Virus record (IMG/VR): IMGVR_UViG_3300042892_002922
Coordinates: 192,001-256,000 of that record
DNA: 64,000 bases
Direction: 5' to 3' (one strand)
Origin: a virus
Lineage: Duplodnaviria; Caudoviricetes
Shown: positions 9,409 through 19,728 of the stretch, piece by piece
How the letters are laid out: the number at the start of each line of letters is the position of its first letter
Numbering within the stretch: position 1 is the stretch's first letter
Position numbers and translations under genes: made by a program
The notes under the pieces: generated by a model
Databases searched by the model: none
Told to the model about the DNA's origin: nothing
Seen by the model: only the letters and a program-made list of their open reading frames with translations

Positions 9409-9980
9409 TGGCAACATATATTGGTAGTAGCACTTTAACATCATCAACTTACACAGCATCAGGTAATTCACTTGGCGTTAGTGGAAACCTTGCTATTACT
9501 GGAAATGTTAGTATTAGCGGTCAACCAGCGTTTAATGCAAGAGGAACGGGTGGTTTTATTTATAACAGTAGTTTTTCAGGTGCTGGATGGGGTGAATTAG
9601 GTTCTGGAATGGGTTGGGTGGTAAATCAACAGGGTGCGGGTTCATATGGATTCAGCACTAGTACTGGTAGATACACCGCGCCAATAACTGGAAAATATTA
9701 TTTTCACGCTTCAACACATTATTATAATGATACTAATGCTACAGCAAATTACATACATTGGCTTTTTGGTGTAAACGGATCACCAAGTTGGAATGTTGGG
9801 AACACACCATATAATATTTATGCACACGGAGAAGTCGCTAACTATGCAGATGGTATTAATGTATCAGGTGTCATTAGTTTAAGTCAAGGAGATTATGTGA
9901 GTTTACGCCCCTATTGGGCTGGTAGTGGTGGTAAAATGTATGGTTATTATACATTATTTTGTGGGCATTTAATTATGTAA
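9408..9980 (+). CDS. C1q/TNF-like head domain protein
   Basis: QPAFNA...TGRYTAPITGKYYF...LSQGDYV...FCGHLI. Confidence 0.65.
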   Translation: MATYIGSSTLTSSTYTASGNSLGVSGNLAITGNVSISGQPAFNARGTGGFIYNSSFSGAGWGELGSGMGWVVNQQGAGSYGFSTSTGRYTAPITGKYYFHASTHYYNDTNATANYIHWLFGVNGSPSWNVGNTPYNIYAHGEVANYADGINVSGVISLSQGDYVSLRPYWAGSGGKMYGYYTLFCGHLIM

Positions 9981-9983
9981 ATT

Positions 9984-10565
9984 ATGGGAATAAACGTAGG
10001 CGGGACAACATACAATGCAACAACATTCACACCAACAGGTGGGATATTAAACGTATCAGGTAATTTAACAATTGGTACGGATTTAAAATCATCTGGGCAA
10101 CCTTGGTTTAATTCTAGAGGTGCAGCAGGTGCTTGGAGATATGCGTCAGATTTTGGTGGTGTAAATGGTTGGAGGGAAATGGGTTCAACAATGTCATGGA
10201 CAAATAACCAACAAGGCGCTGGTTCATACGGCTTTAGTAATAGTACTGGTAGATATACCGCACCAGTTGCTGGATATTATCTTTTTTACACATCAGATTA
10301 TTACCATAATGACAGTAATAGTACATCGAACTACATACATTATAATTTTTCCAGAAATGGTTCTTCTAGTTGGAACGCTAGCCAAAGTAGTCACACAATA
10401 TATGGTCATGGCACCGTTGCAAATCACGTTGATGGTGTTGTTAACTCGTGTATAATGTATCTAAACGTTGGTGATTATTGCAGTAATTTAATTTATTGGG
10501 GTAGTGGTGGTTCTGGAAGAATATATACTGATTATCACTTATTCTGCGGTATGTTAATCGGTTAA
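9984..10565 (+). CDS. C1q/TNF-like head domain protein
   Basis: QPWFNS...TGRYTAPVAGYYLF...LNVGDY...FCGMLIG; paralog of 9408. Confidence 0.65.
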   Translation: MGINVGGTTYNATTFTPTGGILNVSGNLTIGTDLKSSGQPWFNSRGAAGAWRYASDFGGVNGWREMGSTMSWTNNQQGAGSYGFSNSTGRYTAPVAGYYLFYTSDYYHNDSNSTSNYIHYNFSRNGSSSWNASQSSHTIYGHGTVANHVDGVVNSCIMYLNVGDYCSNLIYWGSGGSGRIYTDYHLFCGMLIG

Positions 10566-10592
10566 ATAACCAATTTTATTCTATTTATAGTT

Positions 10593-11267
10593 ATGGGTTT
10601 ATATAGAGGACCAAAAATATTTACTGAAGGTTTAACATTTGCTTTAGACGCTGGAACCACAAGGTCATATCCTGGTACGGGGACATCTTGGACAGCTATT
10701 AGAGGTAATAGTGTTGGTACACTATATAATGGTGTTGGTTACACAACTGCCAAAGGTGGTGGTTTAACTTTTGATGGATCAAATGACTATGTTGAGTTAG
10801 ATAGAAATGACATTTTATTAGGCACAAACCCATTTACATTTGAATGCTTTTATACTATAAATGCAACTAATGGGGGTGGTGAAATATTTGGAACATATGG
10901 TTCAGGATATTCATCATCAAGTTATGTTTGGATATCTGGTGAATATGGATTTTATATTGGGGGTGCGGTTTATTTTCCCGGATACCCACTTGGTGCTGGA
11001 ACATATTGCATGACAGTAACCAGAACAAGTTTTGGATACACAGTTTTGTATAAAAATGGCGTAGCTGTTAGTACCGGAACACTAACTGGAAGTTTAACTG
11101 CCGGACCAAATTATAGAATCGGTGCTGACACAACTAGTGCAGGTGGTGTTGGTGGTGAGAGATTAAATGGGACTGTTTATTCAATAAAAGTATATGACCG
11201 AGATTTTACAGCGGATGAAGTTTTAAATAATTATAATGCACAAAAATCAAGATACGGATTAACTTAA
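10593..11267 (+). CDS. LamG/concanavalin A-like lectin domain protein
   Basis: GLTFALDAG..SYPGTGT.W; FDGSNDYV; IKVYDRDFTADEVLNNY..K.RYGL. Confidence 0.7.
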   Translation: MGLYRGPKIFTEGLTFALDAGTTRSYPGTGTSWTAIRGNSVGTLYNGVGYTTAKGGGLTFDGSNDYVELDRNDILLGTNPFTFECFYTINATNGGGEIFGTYGSGYSSSSYVWISGEYGFYIGGAVYFPGYPLGAGTYCMTVTRTSFGYTVLYKNGVAVSTGTLTGSLTAGPNYRIGADTTSAGGVGGERLNGTVYSIKVYDRDFTADEVLNNYNAQKSRYGLT

Positions 11268-11277
11268 AATTAAAAAT

Positions 11278-11607
11278 ATGTTAGAAAATAGAAGATGGTT
11301 AGTAATACCAACAAGCACAACTGGTTCAATAAATTTTGACCAAGTAAAAGAGTCAAGTATCGATAGTTTAAGGTTATCTGTCGATGGGTCTAAGACGTTT
11401 GTTAAATACGATGTGATGGTTGTTGAAACAACCACAACTGAAACTCAAATAAACGCAGAAACTGGCGATGAAATGACAATTACAACTGAAGCTGGAATTT
11501 ATGGTAGACCAGACATATACTCAGAAGAATATCCTGAGTATACTCATGAAGCAATTTTAGAATTATTAAGCACAACTGAATGGACAACGCCAATAGAAAA
11601 TAAATGA
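11278..11607 (+). CDS. Small acidic phage protein accompanying LamG heads
   Basis: FDQV.ESS..SLRLSVDGSKTFVKY...YTHEAILELLST.EWT pattern; position between LamG genes. Confidence 0.5.
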   Translation: MLENRRWLVIPTSTTGSINFDQVKESSIDSLRLSVDGSKTFVKYDVMVVETTTTETQINAETGDEMTITTEAGIYGRPDIYSEEYPEYTHEAILELLSTTEWTTPIENK

Positions 11608-12833
11608 GTGTAAACATACCAAACATAACAAGCGATGGATTAGTTTTTGGATATGACGCACATCCTAGTAGTAGGTTTGCGCCAGGACCTCCATTGAGAA
11701 ATGTTGCAGCATCAATATCATTTGGTTATGGTAATCAAAATAGTTCACTGTTTAAAAAACAAAATTCAATATACACGGCGGTAATCCCTAATGTTGGAAC
11801 AAGAACAGTGTATGCTGTTGAAACATATAATGATTATAATGGTGGATCGGGCAACTGTTGTTTATCACTTTTTAATTTTGGTGGTGGCGTTAGTGTTTCA
11901 TCAAGCACACCATACACTTATCAAATAATATACCGTACAAAAAACGATAATGTTGGTACGAATTATATGTATCATTATGAATATGGTCCTAGTGGTTACT
12001 TAACAGAATATGGTTTACATAGTACAAGTACTAGGACAGCTTTAGGTGATGGATGGTGGCACGCTTGGGGTCAATTCACATCTCACGCAAGTGCAACCTC
12101 ATTTGGTTTATATCTTTTTCATTATGAATATGGTGTACATAATAAAGTTGAGGTTGCGGATGTTTCATTAACTGCTGGTAGTAGTATTTTAAAACCATCA
12201 CAATTTCCAACAGTTGGAACAACACGTGCAAGTACTTCGTCGTTATTGGATTTAAAAGGTGCTACTGCAATTAGTACCGCTGACATTAGTTATAACTCAA
12301 ATGGGCTACCATTTTTTGATGGGACAAATGATTGGATAAATTTAGATAGTTATGCAACAACGGTCCCGAATGGTAACATAACTGTGGAGGCGGTTGTTAA
12401 ATTCACGGCAATGAATGCAAATAAAGTAGTTGTAGCACATGGTGGTAATGGTTCAAATGATAAAGGGTTTTTGTTCTTATATGAAAACTCAACTTATGGT
12501 TTAGCATTTGCAATCTACGACAATCCAAATTTTGGTTGGGCTAGAACCGGTATTGGTAGCCCTGCAACACAATACGTGAATCAATACATTCATATGGTTG
12601 GTACATATGATAATGAATATGTTAGATTGTATATTAATGGTACGTTAATCCAAACAGTACAATTTACTGGTGGATTTGAAAGACAAAACACATTTAGGAT
12701 TGGTAATGAAGTTAATAGAAGTTATTTTATGAGTGGCGAAATACCTGTTGTTAAATTGTATAATAAAGCATTAACGGCAACAGAGATAAAAAATAATTAT
12801 AATGGATATAAAGGTAGATATGGTTTAACATAA
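11604..12833 (+). CDS. LamG-like protein with additional carbohydrate-binding-like domain
   Basis: GLVFGYD N-terminus; FDGTNDW; HMVGTYD; EIPVVKLYNKALTATEIKNNY. Confidence 0.65.
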   Translation: MSVNIPNITSDGLVFGYDAHPSSRFAPGPPLRNVAASISFGYGNQNSSLFKKQNSIYTAVIPNVGTRTVYAVETYNDYNGGSGNCCLSLFNFGGGVSVSSSTPYTYQIIYRTKNDNVGTNYMYHYEYGPSGYLTEYGLHSTSTRTALGDGWWHAWGQFTSHASATSFGLYLFHYEYGVHNKVEVADVSLTAGSSILKPSQFPTVGTTRASTSSLLDLKGATAISTADISYNSNGLPFFDGTNDWINLDSYATTVPNGNITVEAVVKFTAMNANKVVVAHGGNGSNDKGFLFLYENSTYGLAFAIYDNPNFGWARTGIGSPATQYVNQYIHMVGTYDNEYVRLYINGTLIQTVQFTGGFERQNTFRIGNEVNRSYFMSGEIPVVKLYNKALTATEIKNNYNGYKGRYGLT

Positions 12834-14362
12834 TGAATATAGGTCCAAGAAATATTACCAACGGTTTAGTTTTCGGATATGATACTGGAGACGATAATAG
12901 ATTTTATCCTGGTGAACCAACAACAAACTTATTGCCAAGTCCAGAACATAATGGTAGATTTTCAACAAGTAATGGTTGGGGTTCATATAATACAAACAAA
13001 TATTGTGGTAACAATGGTTGTGCGGTACATTGGACAATCCCATCAATATCAAGCGTATCAAGTAATATTATAACAACATCAAGTGCCCATCAAATATTAT
13101 CATTTGATGTTATTCAACCTAACGCAACTGGAGGCGGTGTAAATGCTGGACAAAATTATGTTGCTAAAAAAATAAGTGATACACAATTTTCATTACATGA
13201 ATATAATGGTTCTCAAGATGGTTCACAAGGTTATATAAACCCAACGACTGGATTTTTTAAAGTACATGATGCATATGCTAATGATACTAGAATATCTGTA
13301 AGCGCTTCTGGATTTCCGACTGGGTGGTGGGGTGCGCCACATTTACCAAATTCAGGTTTAATTAAAGAAGTAGTTACCGGTGGTGGCAGAATACCCGGAA
13401 CAAATTGTATGAGATTACATGCTTATAGACCAGATGGTGTGACTGACGGTATGGCATATGGTGTGTATACTCCGGTAACCGCTGGACAAATAATAACATT
13501 ATCATTTTGGCATAAAGCAGCGTCACCAACATCTGTTGGACAAAGTCATAGCTGGAGTACATATTTTTATGGATACTCAGCACCAAGTGCGGGTTTCACA
13601 ACAGGAGAAAAATGGCAAAAACACCAAACTACTTGGACAGCATCACTTACCTGTAGTTTTTATTTTTATATGTGGCCTTCGGCTTTATCAACATTTGATA
13701 TCGCTGATTTACAAGTGGAGGTTAAAGACCACGCAACACCATTTACATTAACATCTAGATCTAATACAACAGCATTATTAGATATGACAGGGACATGTTC
13801 AATTGATGTTTCTAACGCGTCATTTAACATTTCTGGTAGACCTTACTTTGATGGTACAAATGATAGTATAATAGTAACAAACAATGCGGTGCTAAAAAAT
13901 AATGTAACATCCATTGAGTTTATTGTCAAATACAACGGTGCACCTAATGGTGATATTATTCAAATGGGTGTCGGTAGTGGTTCATATGCACAATATTACT
14001 ATAGAGCGTATAGTGGTAATTCATATTGGAATTTTTTCCCAACAGGAACATCAGCTTATGGTAGTATAACAATACCAAATTCAGCATTCACGATTGGACA
14101 ATATTATCATGTTGTTTTAGTTGGTAGGTCTGATAGTTCGGTTTCGTTTTATATTAATACGGTTGCGCAATCTGGCGCGGCGGTAAGTGCAACAAGTGCC
14201 GTTGGTTCTTGGACCCCAGCAAATCTAACAATTGGCGGTTTTACTTGGGATGGTTATTCAAATTCAGAAATACCTGTTGTTAAAATTTATAATAGGGAAC
14301 TATCAGCGGCTGAAATTAAACAACACTATTACTCATACAAAACCAGATTTGGTTTAAGTTAA
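12833..14362 (+). CDS. Multi-domain LamG-like protein
   Basis: GLVFGYD N-terminus; FDGTND; EIPVVKIYNRELSAAEIKQHY; paralog of 11604. Confidence 0.65.
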   Translation: MNIGPRNITNGLVFGYDTGDDNRFYPGEPTTNLLPSPEHNGRFSTSNGWGSYNTNKYCGNNGCAVHWTIPSISSVSSNIITTSSAHQILSFDVIQPNATGGGVNAGQNYVAKKISDTQFSLHEYNGSQDGSQGYINPTTGFFKVHDAYANDTRISVSASGFPTGWWGAPHLPNSGLIKEVVTGGGRIPGTNCMRLHAYRPDGVTDGMAYGVYTPVTAGQIITLSFWHKAASPTSVGQSHSWSTYFYGYSAPSAGFTTGEKWQKHQTTWTASLTCSFYFYMWPSALSTFDIADLQVEVKDHATPFTLTSRSNTTALLDMTGTCSIDVSNASFNISGRPYFDGTNDSIIVTNNAVLKNNVTSIEFIVKYNGAPNGDIIQMGVGSGSYAQYYYRAYSGNSYWNFFPTGTSAYGSITIPNSAFTIGQYYHVVLVGRSDSSVSFYINTVAQSGAAVSATSAVGSWTPANLTIGGFTWDGYSNSEIPVVKIYNRELSAAEIKQHYYSYKTRFGLS

Positions 14363-14397
14363 TTTTTATTTTTAAATAATTTTCATTATATTGTCGA

Positions 14398-15138
14398 ATG
14401 GACAATATTGGCTTTGGAATATTCTGCTTTGGCGAAAATTATTATTATAAGGGAACTATTGAGAAGATGGATAAGATTCTTGATAGCGGGTATTCTTGTT
14501 ATATTTTAACAGATACCCCCGATTATTTCACCGAGAGAGAAAATTTAACAATATTGACCTATCATAGAGAATTTAAATCTTATTATGATAAGATGTTGTT
14601 ACCCAAGACAATACTAAAAGAAAAAGACATCTGCATCTTACTTGATGCCGACATATATGTTAAAGATTATTCATTTTTAGAGGAATTAAAAACGTATAAT
14701 TTTTTACCGGGGATTACCTATGCTGAAACATTAGAAAGACACCCTGGAAAGAAGAAAACGGTTAACGATATTGGAATGACAGATAGGGAATGGACATCAT
14801 ATAAATTATATGCTGAAAAGATTAGTCCAAACTTTAAAAGTTTTAATACAATATGGGAATACATATTGATAATCAACAAGATAGGATTTCAACAAAAAAG
14901 ATTTTATAAAGTTTACGAGAAACTGCAAATAGCAAAAGAGTTCTCTGACTTGGAATTAAACAAAGAAGTTAACGGTGCCGGCGAAGGTGTTTCAATATCA
15001 ATCGCCGCACAATTATCTAGTAGTGACATTCAATTAGACCCTAAGTTATTTGAAATTGTAAAAGATAAAATGGTTAGTGTTTCTAGAAGATTTACAAATC
15101 CAGAATATTTGCCCGACTTTATGAAAGATGATATCTAA
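14398..15138 (+). CDS. Putative GT-A fold glycosyltransferase
   Basis: CYILTD and ILLDADIYV (DxD) motifs; first gene of the enzyme block. Confidence 0.45.
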   Translation: MDNIGFGIFCFGENYYYKGTIEKMDKILDSGYSCYILTDTPDYFTERENLTILTYHREFKSYYDKMLLPKTILKEKDICILLDADIYVKDYSFLEELKTYNFLPGITYAETLERHPGKKKTVNDIGMTDREWTSYKLYAEKISPNFKSFNTIWEYILIINKIGFQQKRFYKVYEKLQIAKEFSDLELNKEVNGAGEGVSISIAAQLSSSDIQLDPKLFEIVKDKMVSVSRRFTNPEYLPDFMKDDI

Positions 15139-15856
15139 TTCCGACTATATTAAACAATATATCACTAACAATGATGATACCGCGGTACCTTATCGTTGGA
15201 CTCATGGTGCCACTGATTTACATTTAGGTGACGGTATTGTCGTTTACTCATTAATACAGCATATGAGGGCTAAGAATTGCGTCTGTATTGGTTCTGGTGG
15301 TGGGTTTATACCTAGAATAATCACACAAGCCAGACATGACTTACATAAAGAAGGTATTTTTGAGGGTGATGATAATTTAAGTTGGGGTGATATTGGGGTT
15401 ACTTACGTTGTTGATGCGTGTAACGGTATTGGCGGACCCAATGACCTAGAAAATGAAGAATCTTTTTATAGAAAACACTTTCACCCACGATTTATTAAGG
15501 ACACATCTGAAAACGCCTTTTATAATTTTTTTATTCTTCAGGATATCAAAATAGATTTTTTGTTTATTGATGGTGACCATTCATATGAAGGTGTAAAAAA
15601 AGATTTCGACCTTTATTCCACAATATTATCTGAAAAAGGTGTGATAGTTATTCACGACACTGATGAAAAATACGAAGAATCGTTAATAATTTCAGAAGAC
15701 GCAAAAAAAGACCATTTCCCCTTTGATGGTCCAGCTAAATTAGTTAAAGAATTACAAAATAATTCCGCCTGGAACTTGATTAATCTACATAATTTTCGTA
15801 TATTACCTACAAAACCGGCATCAACTGGGATTACAATTATTAACAGAAAATTATGA
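15128..15856 (+). CDS. Class I SAM-dependent methyltransferase (Methyltransf_24-like)
   Basis: CIGSGGG; IDFLFIDGDHSYEGVKKDF...GVIVIHD. Confidence 0.8.
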   Translation: MISNSDYIKQYITNNDDTAVPYRWTHGATDLHLGDGIVVYSLIQHMRAKNCVCIGSGGGFIPRIITQARHDLHKEGIFEGDDNLSWGDIGVTYVVDACNGIGGPNDLENEESFYRKHFHPRFIKDTSENAFYNFFILQDIKIDFLFIDGDHSYEGVKKDFDLYSTILSEKGVIVIHDTDEKYEESLIISEDAKKDHFPFDGPAKLVKELQNNSAWNLINLHNFRILPTKPASTGITIINRKL

Positions 15857-16704
15857 TTCGATTAGTTACAGTTATTGGGCATGGAGTCAAACTGCTACCG
15901 CATTTCATTAAACATTATCAAAAACATGTTGATGAAATTAATATTGTTGTATATGAAACAGAAAACAATAGATTAATTGGTAATGAAGTTAAAGAAATTA
16001 TTGATGGCTACGAAAAGGTTAATATCGTTAAAGTTGTCAAGGATCGTGTTTTTGATTGGGAAAAGGTCACCTATCTATACAATAAAACAAAAAACAAACA
16101 TCCAAATGATTGGTGGGTTATTGCCGATATAGATGAGTTTCATTTATATCCAAACGATGATTTAAAGATGTTAATAACAAATTGTAACAAATATGGTTGG
16201 GATTTAGTCAGAGGTGGTTTTATAGATAGAATTGGTCCTGATGGTGAGTTTGTTGAATTGAAAGATGATGAATTCATATGGGAACAATATCCAAACGCAG
16301 GGTTTTTTAGATATCCAATGAGTAATGCTAATCCTAATAAGATTTGTGTTATGAAAGGGTATGTTGAATTAACAAGCGGGCAACACTACGCCAAGTTAGA
16401 TGGTTTCACAACATGGAAGTGGCAAGGATGGAATCATCCACTAATATATGATTCTGGTGAAGTACAAGTCCATCATTTTAAATGGGATAAAACATCTATT
16501 GATAGAATTAAGGATGTTGCAAATGTTAAGCAAGCATATGCTTACTCTGACGAATATCAAGTGATGTATGATAAACTAAGAAAGAGTAAATTTAAGATAG
16601 ATTTAAATAAATCAGAATTTATGTTTGAATTGGGGGTTAAAACACCAGAATATAAAACATATAGAAACTGGAATAAACTAATAAAAAAAATAAAAACAAT
16701 ATGA
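15853..16704 (+). CDS. GT2-like glycosyltransferase (Glyco_tranf_2_4/GT92-like)
   Basis: LLPHFIKHY; WWVIADIDEF; HHFKW. Confidence 0.65.
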   Translation: MIRLVTVIGHGVKLLPHFIKHYQKHVDEINIVVYETENNRLIGNEVKEIIDGYEKVNIVKVVKDRVFDWEKVTYLYNKTKNKHPNDWWVIADIDEFHLYPNDDLKMLITNCNKYGWDLVRGGFIDRIGPDGEFVELKDDEFIWEQYPNAGFFRYPMSNANPNKICVMKGYVELTSGQHYAKLDGFTTWKWQGWNHPLIYDSGEVQVHHFKWDKTSIDRIKDVANVKQAYAYSDEYQVMYDKLRKSKFKIDLNKSEFMFELGVKTPEYKTYRNWNKLIKKIKTI

Positions 16705-16916
16705 GCAAAGAAGTAACACTTAAAGACGAAAAACTTGAGGCACAACTTTTAGAACAAAGAAAAGTTAAATCCTTAGAAAAAATTGCAGCGTCATTAGACG
16801 CATTAGCCATTTGGTTTGAAGAAATAGATAAGGAAGAATGGAGTGATAGAATACAATATTATTTATCTGAATTCCATGGCGTGGTAAAACCAGAAGACCC
16901 AACAATAAATGGTTAA
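16701..16916 (+). CDS. Hypothetical protein
   Basis: ATGA-coupled in operon, no recognised motif. Confidence 0.5.
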   Translation: MSKEVTLKDEKLEAQLLEQRKVKSLEKIAASLDALAIWFEEIDKEEWSDRIQYYLSEFHGVVKPEDPTING

Positions 16917-18300
16917 AAAATTAGGTATTATAGTTCCATACCGAAATCGGTATGAGCATTTAGAAGTGTTTAAAGAAAAAATACCCGCGTATTTTAAAAA
17001 ATTAGACATCCCTTATGAAATTATAGTTGTTAATCAGGATAACGCTAAACTTTTTAATCGTGGTATGCTTTTAAACATTGGATTTAAACGAGCAGAAAAA
17101 TTAAAATGTGATTATGTAGTTTTTCATGATGTTGATATGATACCGTTAAACGTTGATTATACTTACTCCAATGTCCCATTACATTTAGCAAGTAATTTTA
17201 TAAAACCAAAAGAAACGTTTGATTCTTATTTTGGTGGCGTAACATTATTTCCAATGGATTTATTTAAAAAAGTTAATGGTTATTCAAACAAATATTGGGG
17301 ATGGGGCTACGAAGACACTGATTTACTTTTACGCTGTGTTAAAAAGAATATTTCATTAAACGAAGTTAAACTAATTAATCAAACACCTAAAACTAAGGCA
17401 TTAAAATTTAATGGTATTAATTCATACGTAAAAAGTAAAAACAACATTAATTTAAATAAAAACCAAACAATTTTTATTTCATTTTACCCTAATAAAACAA
17501 CATTTGACCACACAAAACCTGTTGATGATTACAATGCATTCACAATTCCAGGTTACGACACAGCTTTTAGTTATAATTCTTTTCAAAGGTACAATTTTTG
17601 TACATTTGATTATAAGAATAATGCATTATATGCTAATTCAAAAATAAAGACGGAGTATAAAACAAATATGTGTGTGACGATTGATTTTTATTCAAACGAA
17701 ATATTGGTATATCAAGACGGTATTTTGGTCGATAAAATTAAAGGGTTAAGGAAGTTAATGAATTATAAAAAAGAACCATTTTTTTATTTAGGTGTAGGTG
17801 ATCCGGAAAGATTGGATAATGCTAAATTTTTTAAAGGTTATATTGATTCATTTGCGATAATACCTGAGATATTAAATGAAAAGGAAATATTTGATTTATC
17901 ACAAAATCCAAGTTATGTTTTGAACAAAGTTCAAGAATCTTTGGACATATATTATGATGCTAATTTTATTGAAGGGTATAAATTAGTTGATTTATCAGGT
18001 AATGATAATCTTGGTGAAATTGTTAATTGTGAAATTGTTGACTTAGAAGTCGACGAACATAAATCACTTAAAATTCCACACAGAAGAGATTGCACATTTT
18101 ATTTACTAGAACATGAAGAAAATGGATTCCAAGACAATAGATGGAAAACCGATGCCACAAGATGGAATCAATTAAGATACCACAATGAAGTATCAATGAA
18201 TGATGAACTATTAGAAAATGATGGATTATCTGACTTAGAATATATAGAACACGGCATAGAAGTCGTAGATAACATAACACAAATTAACGTTGGAATATGA
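16909..18300 (+). CDS. GT7 (beta-1,4-galactosyltransferase-like) with inserted LamG-like domain
   Basis: IIVPYRNR; FNRGMLLN; FHDVDM; FGGV; GYSNKYWGWGYEDTD; then about 240-aa beta insert; C-terminal H..N...RW..N...DGLSDLEY. Confidence 0.8.
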   Translation: MVKKLGIIVPYRNRYEHLEVFKEKIPAYFKKLDIPYEIIVVNQDNAKLFNRGMLLNIGFKRAEKLKCDYVVFHDVDMIPLNVDYTYSNVPLHLASNFIKPKETFDSYFGGVTLFPMDLFKKVNGYSNKYWGWGYEDTDLLLRCVKKNISLNEVKLINQTPKTKALKFNGINSYVKSKNNINLNKNQTIFISFYPNKTTFDHTKPVDDYNAFTIPGYDTAFSYNSFQRYNFCTFDYKNNALYANSKIKTEYKTNMCVTIDFYSNEILVYQDGILVDKIKGLRKLMNYKKEPFFYLGVGDPERLDNAKFFKGYIDSFAIIPEILNEKEIFDLSQNPSYVLNKVQESLDIYYDANFIEGYKLVDLSGNDNLGEIVNCEIVDLEVDEHKSLKIPHRRDCTFYLLEHEENGFQDNRWKTDATRWNQLRYHNEVSMNDELLENDGLSDLEYIEHGIEVVDNITQINVGI

Positions 18301-19727
18301 ATCATAAATTAGGTATTTGTGTACCATATAGAGATAGAAAAGAACACCTTGATAGATTAATCCCACATTTATCTAAACATTTAGATTCCCAAGGAATTGA
18401 TTATAAATTTTATGTTGCACATCAAGTAGATGATAAACTTTTTAACAGAGGTGCAATGAAAAATATTGCAGCTAAACACGCATTAGAAGATGGTTGTGAT
18501 TATATTGCTTGGCACGACGTGGATATGTTGACGTTTGAAGATAGTGATTATTCATATCCAGAAGAAACTCCGATTCATATTGCAACTATGCTGTCAAAAT
18601 ACAATTATGGTATAAACTATGATCAATACTTTGGCGGAGTAGTGTTGTTTAATAAAGAACATTTAGAAAAAACAAATGGGTACTCAAACGACTATTGGGA
18701 TTGGGGTATGGAAGACGATGATTTGTTTTGGAGATGTTATTATGAAAATTATACAACAGGAAAAATAAAACGTTCATATACCAATAAACAATACGCGGAA
18801 TTTAATGGCGTTACATCTAAAATAGAAATACCAAGTACTAGGGAATTAGTTAATTTATTACATAATGACCACACAATTTCTATTTTATTTAATGCGGAAC
18901 AACAACAAGAAAAGGTTCCAATTTGGATGATTGGTGATGAACAAAAGCGCTTCATTGAATACCCCATATTTAGAAAAACCGGAGGGTATAATTACGGTTT
19001 ATCTTTTAATAATTCTAGGGCAGTTACAATGTGTTTGTTTAACGAAAGGAGACAAACAATCTACAATTGGCTGAAAAGATTTGAAAACATGTGGACGTGG
19101 GTTACACTGACATATAATAAAGAAGAGGAACGAATATTCTTTTATCTAAATGATGAATTTGGTAGGAATATGAATGGAATCAAAGAAGACGCTTATTTCC
19201 CAGCGTTTGGTAAACTTCTTAGGTACAATACAACAACCCCATTTTATTTAGGGCATGATTCAGACATGAACACATTCTTTAAGGGTAAAATAGCCGAAAT
19301 TAAGATATATGACAAGTTTTTTCCACACGTTGATATCGGTCAAGTGTTTGATACTGAGAAAGATGGATTAATTTTACACCACGATTTCTCAAATAGAGAA
19401 AATAATATTATATTTGATAATGTGGATGCTCACGAATGCATTGGAATCGATATTGTTTATGGTTCAGAGGATGTTGATGTGATTGAAAACGTAGTGCCAT
19501 TTAGACGAGAGGGTAAATTTTATTGTTTACCACACGTAGATGAGGGGTTTGTTGCTGGAAGGTGGGCTAAGGGTGAAACCACAGCTAAAAACGAAAAAAG
19601 ATTTGTTACAGAAATGCAACAGAAAAAAATAAATTACAAAGACGATGGGTTGTCAACATTAAAATATGAATTGGTTAGCGTTGAAAACTATAGTGACAAA
19701 TGTGTAATGATAAACACAAAATTATAA
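18297..19727 (+). CDS. GT7-like glycosyltransferase with inserted LamG-like domain (tandem paralog)
   Basis: VPYRDR; FNRGAMKN; WHDVDM; GYSNDYWDWGMEDDD; DGLSTLKY. Confidence 0.8.
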   Translation: MNHKLGICVPYRDRKEHLDRLIPHLSKHLDSQGIDYKFYVAHQVDDKLFNRGAMKNIAAKHALEDGCDYIAWHDVDMLTFEDSDYSYPEETPIHIATMLSKYNYGINYDQYFGGVVLFNKEHLEKTNGYSNDYWDWGMEDDDLFWRCYYENYTTGKIKRSYTNKQYAEFNGVTSKIEIPSTRELVNLLHNDHTISILFNAEQQQEKVPIWMIGDEQKRFIEYPIFRKTGGYNYGLSFNNSRAVTMCLFNERRQTIYNWLKRFENMWTWVTLTYNKEEERIFFYLNDEFGRNMNGIKEDAYFPAFGKLLRYNTTTPFYLGHDSDMNTFFKGKIAEIKIYDKFFPHVDIGQVFDTEKDGLILHHDFSNRENNIIFDNVDAHECIGIDIVYGSEDVDVIENVVPFRREGKFYCLPHVDEGFVAGRWAKGETTAKNEKRFVTEMQQKKINYKDDGLSTLKYELVSVENYSDKCVMINTKL

Positions 19728-19728
19728 A

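Noticed and set aside
8457-14362. Diversity-generating retroelement or shufflon acting on head genes
   Set aside because: No reverse transcriptase, recombinase, template repeat or adenine-specific mismatch pair seen
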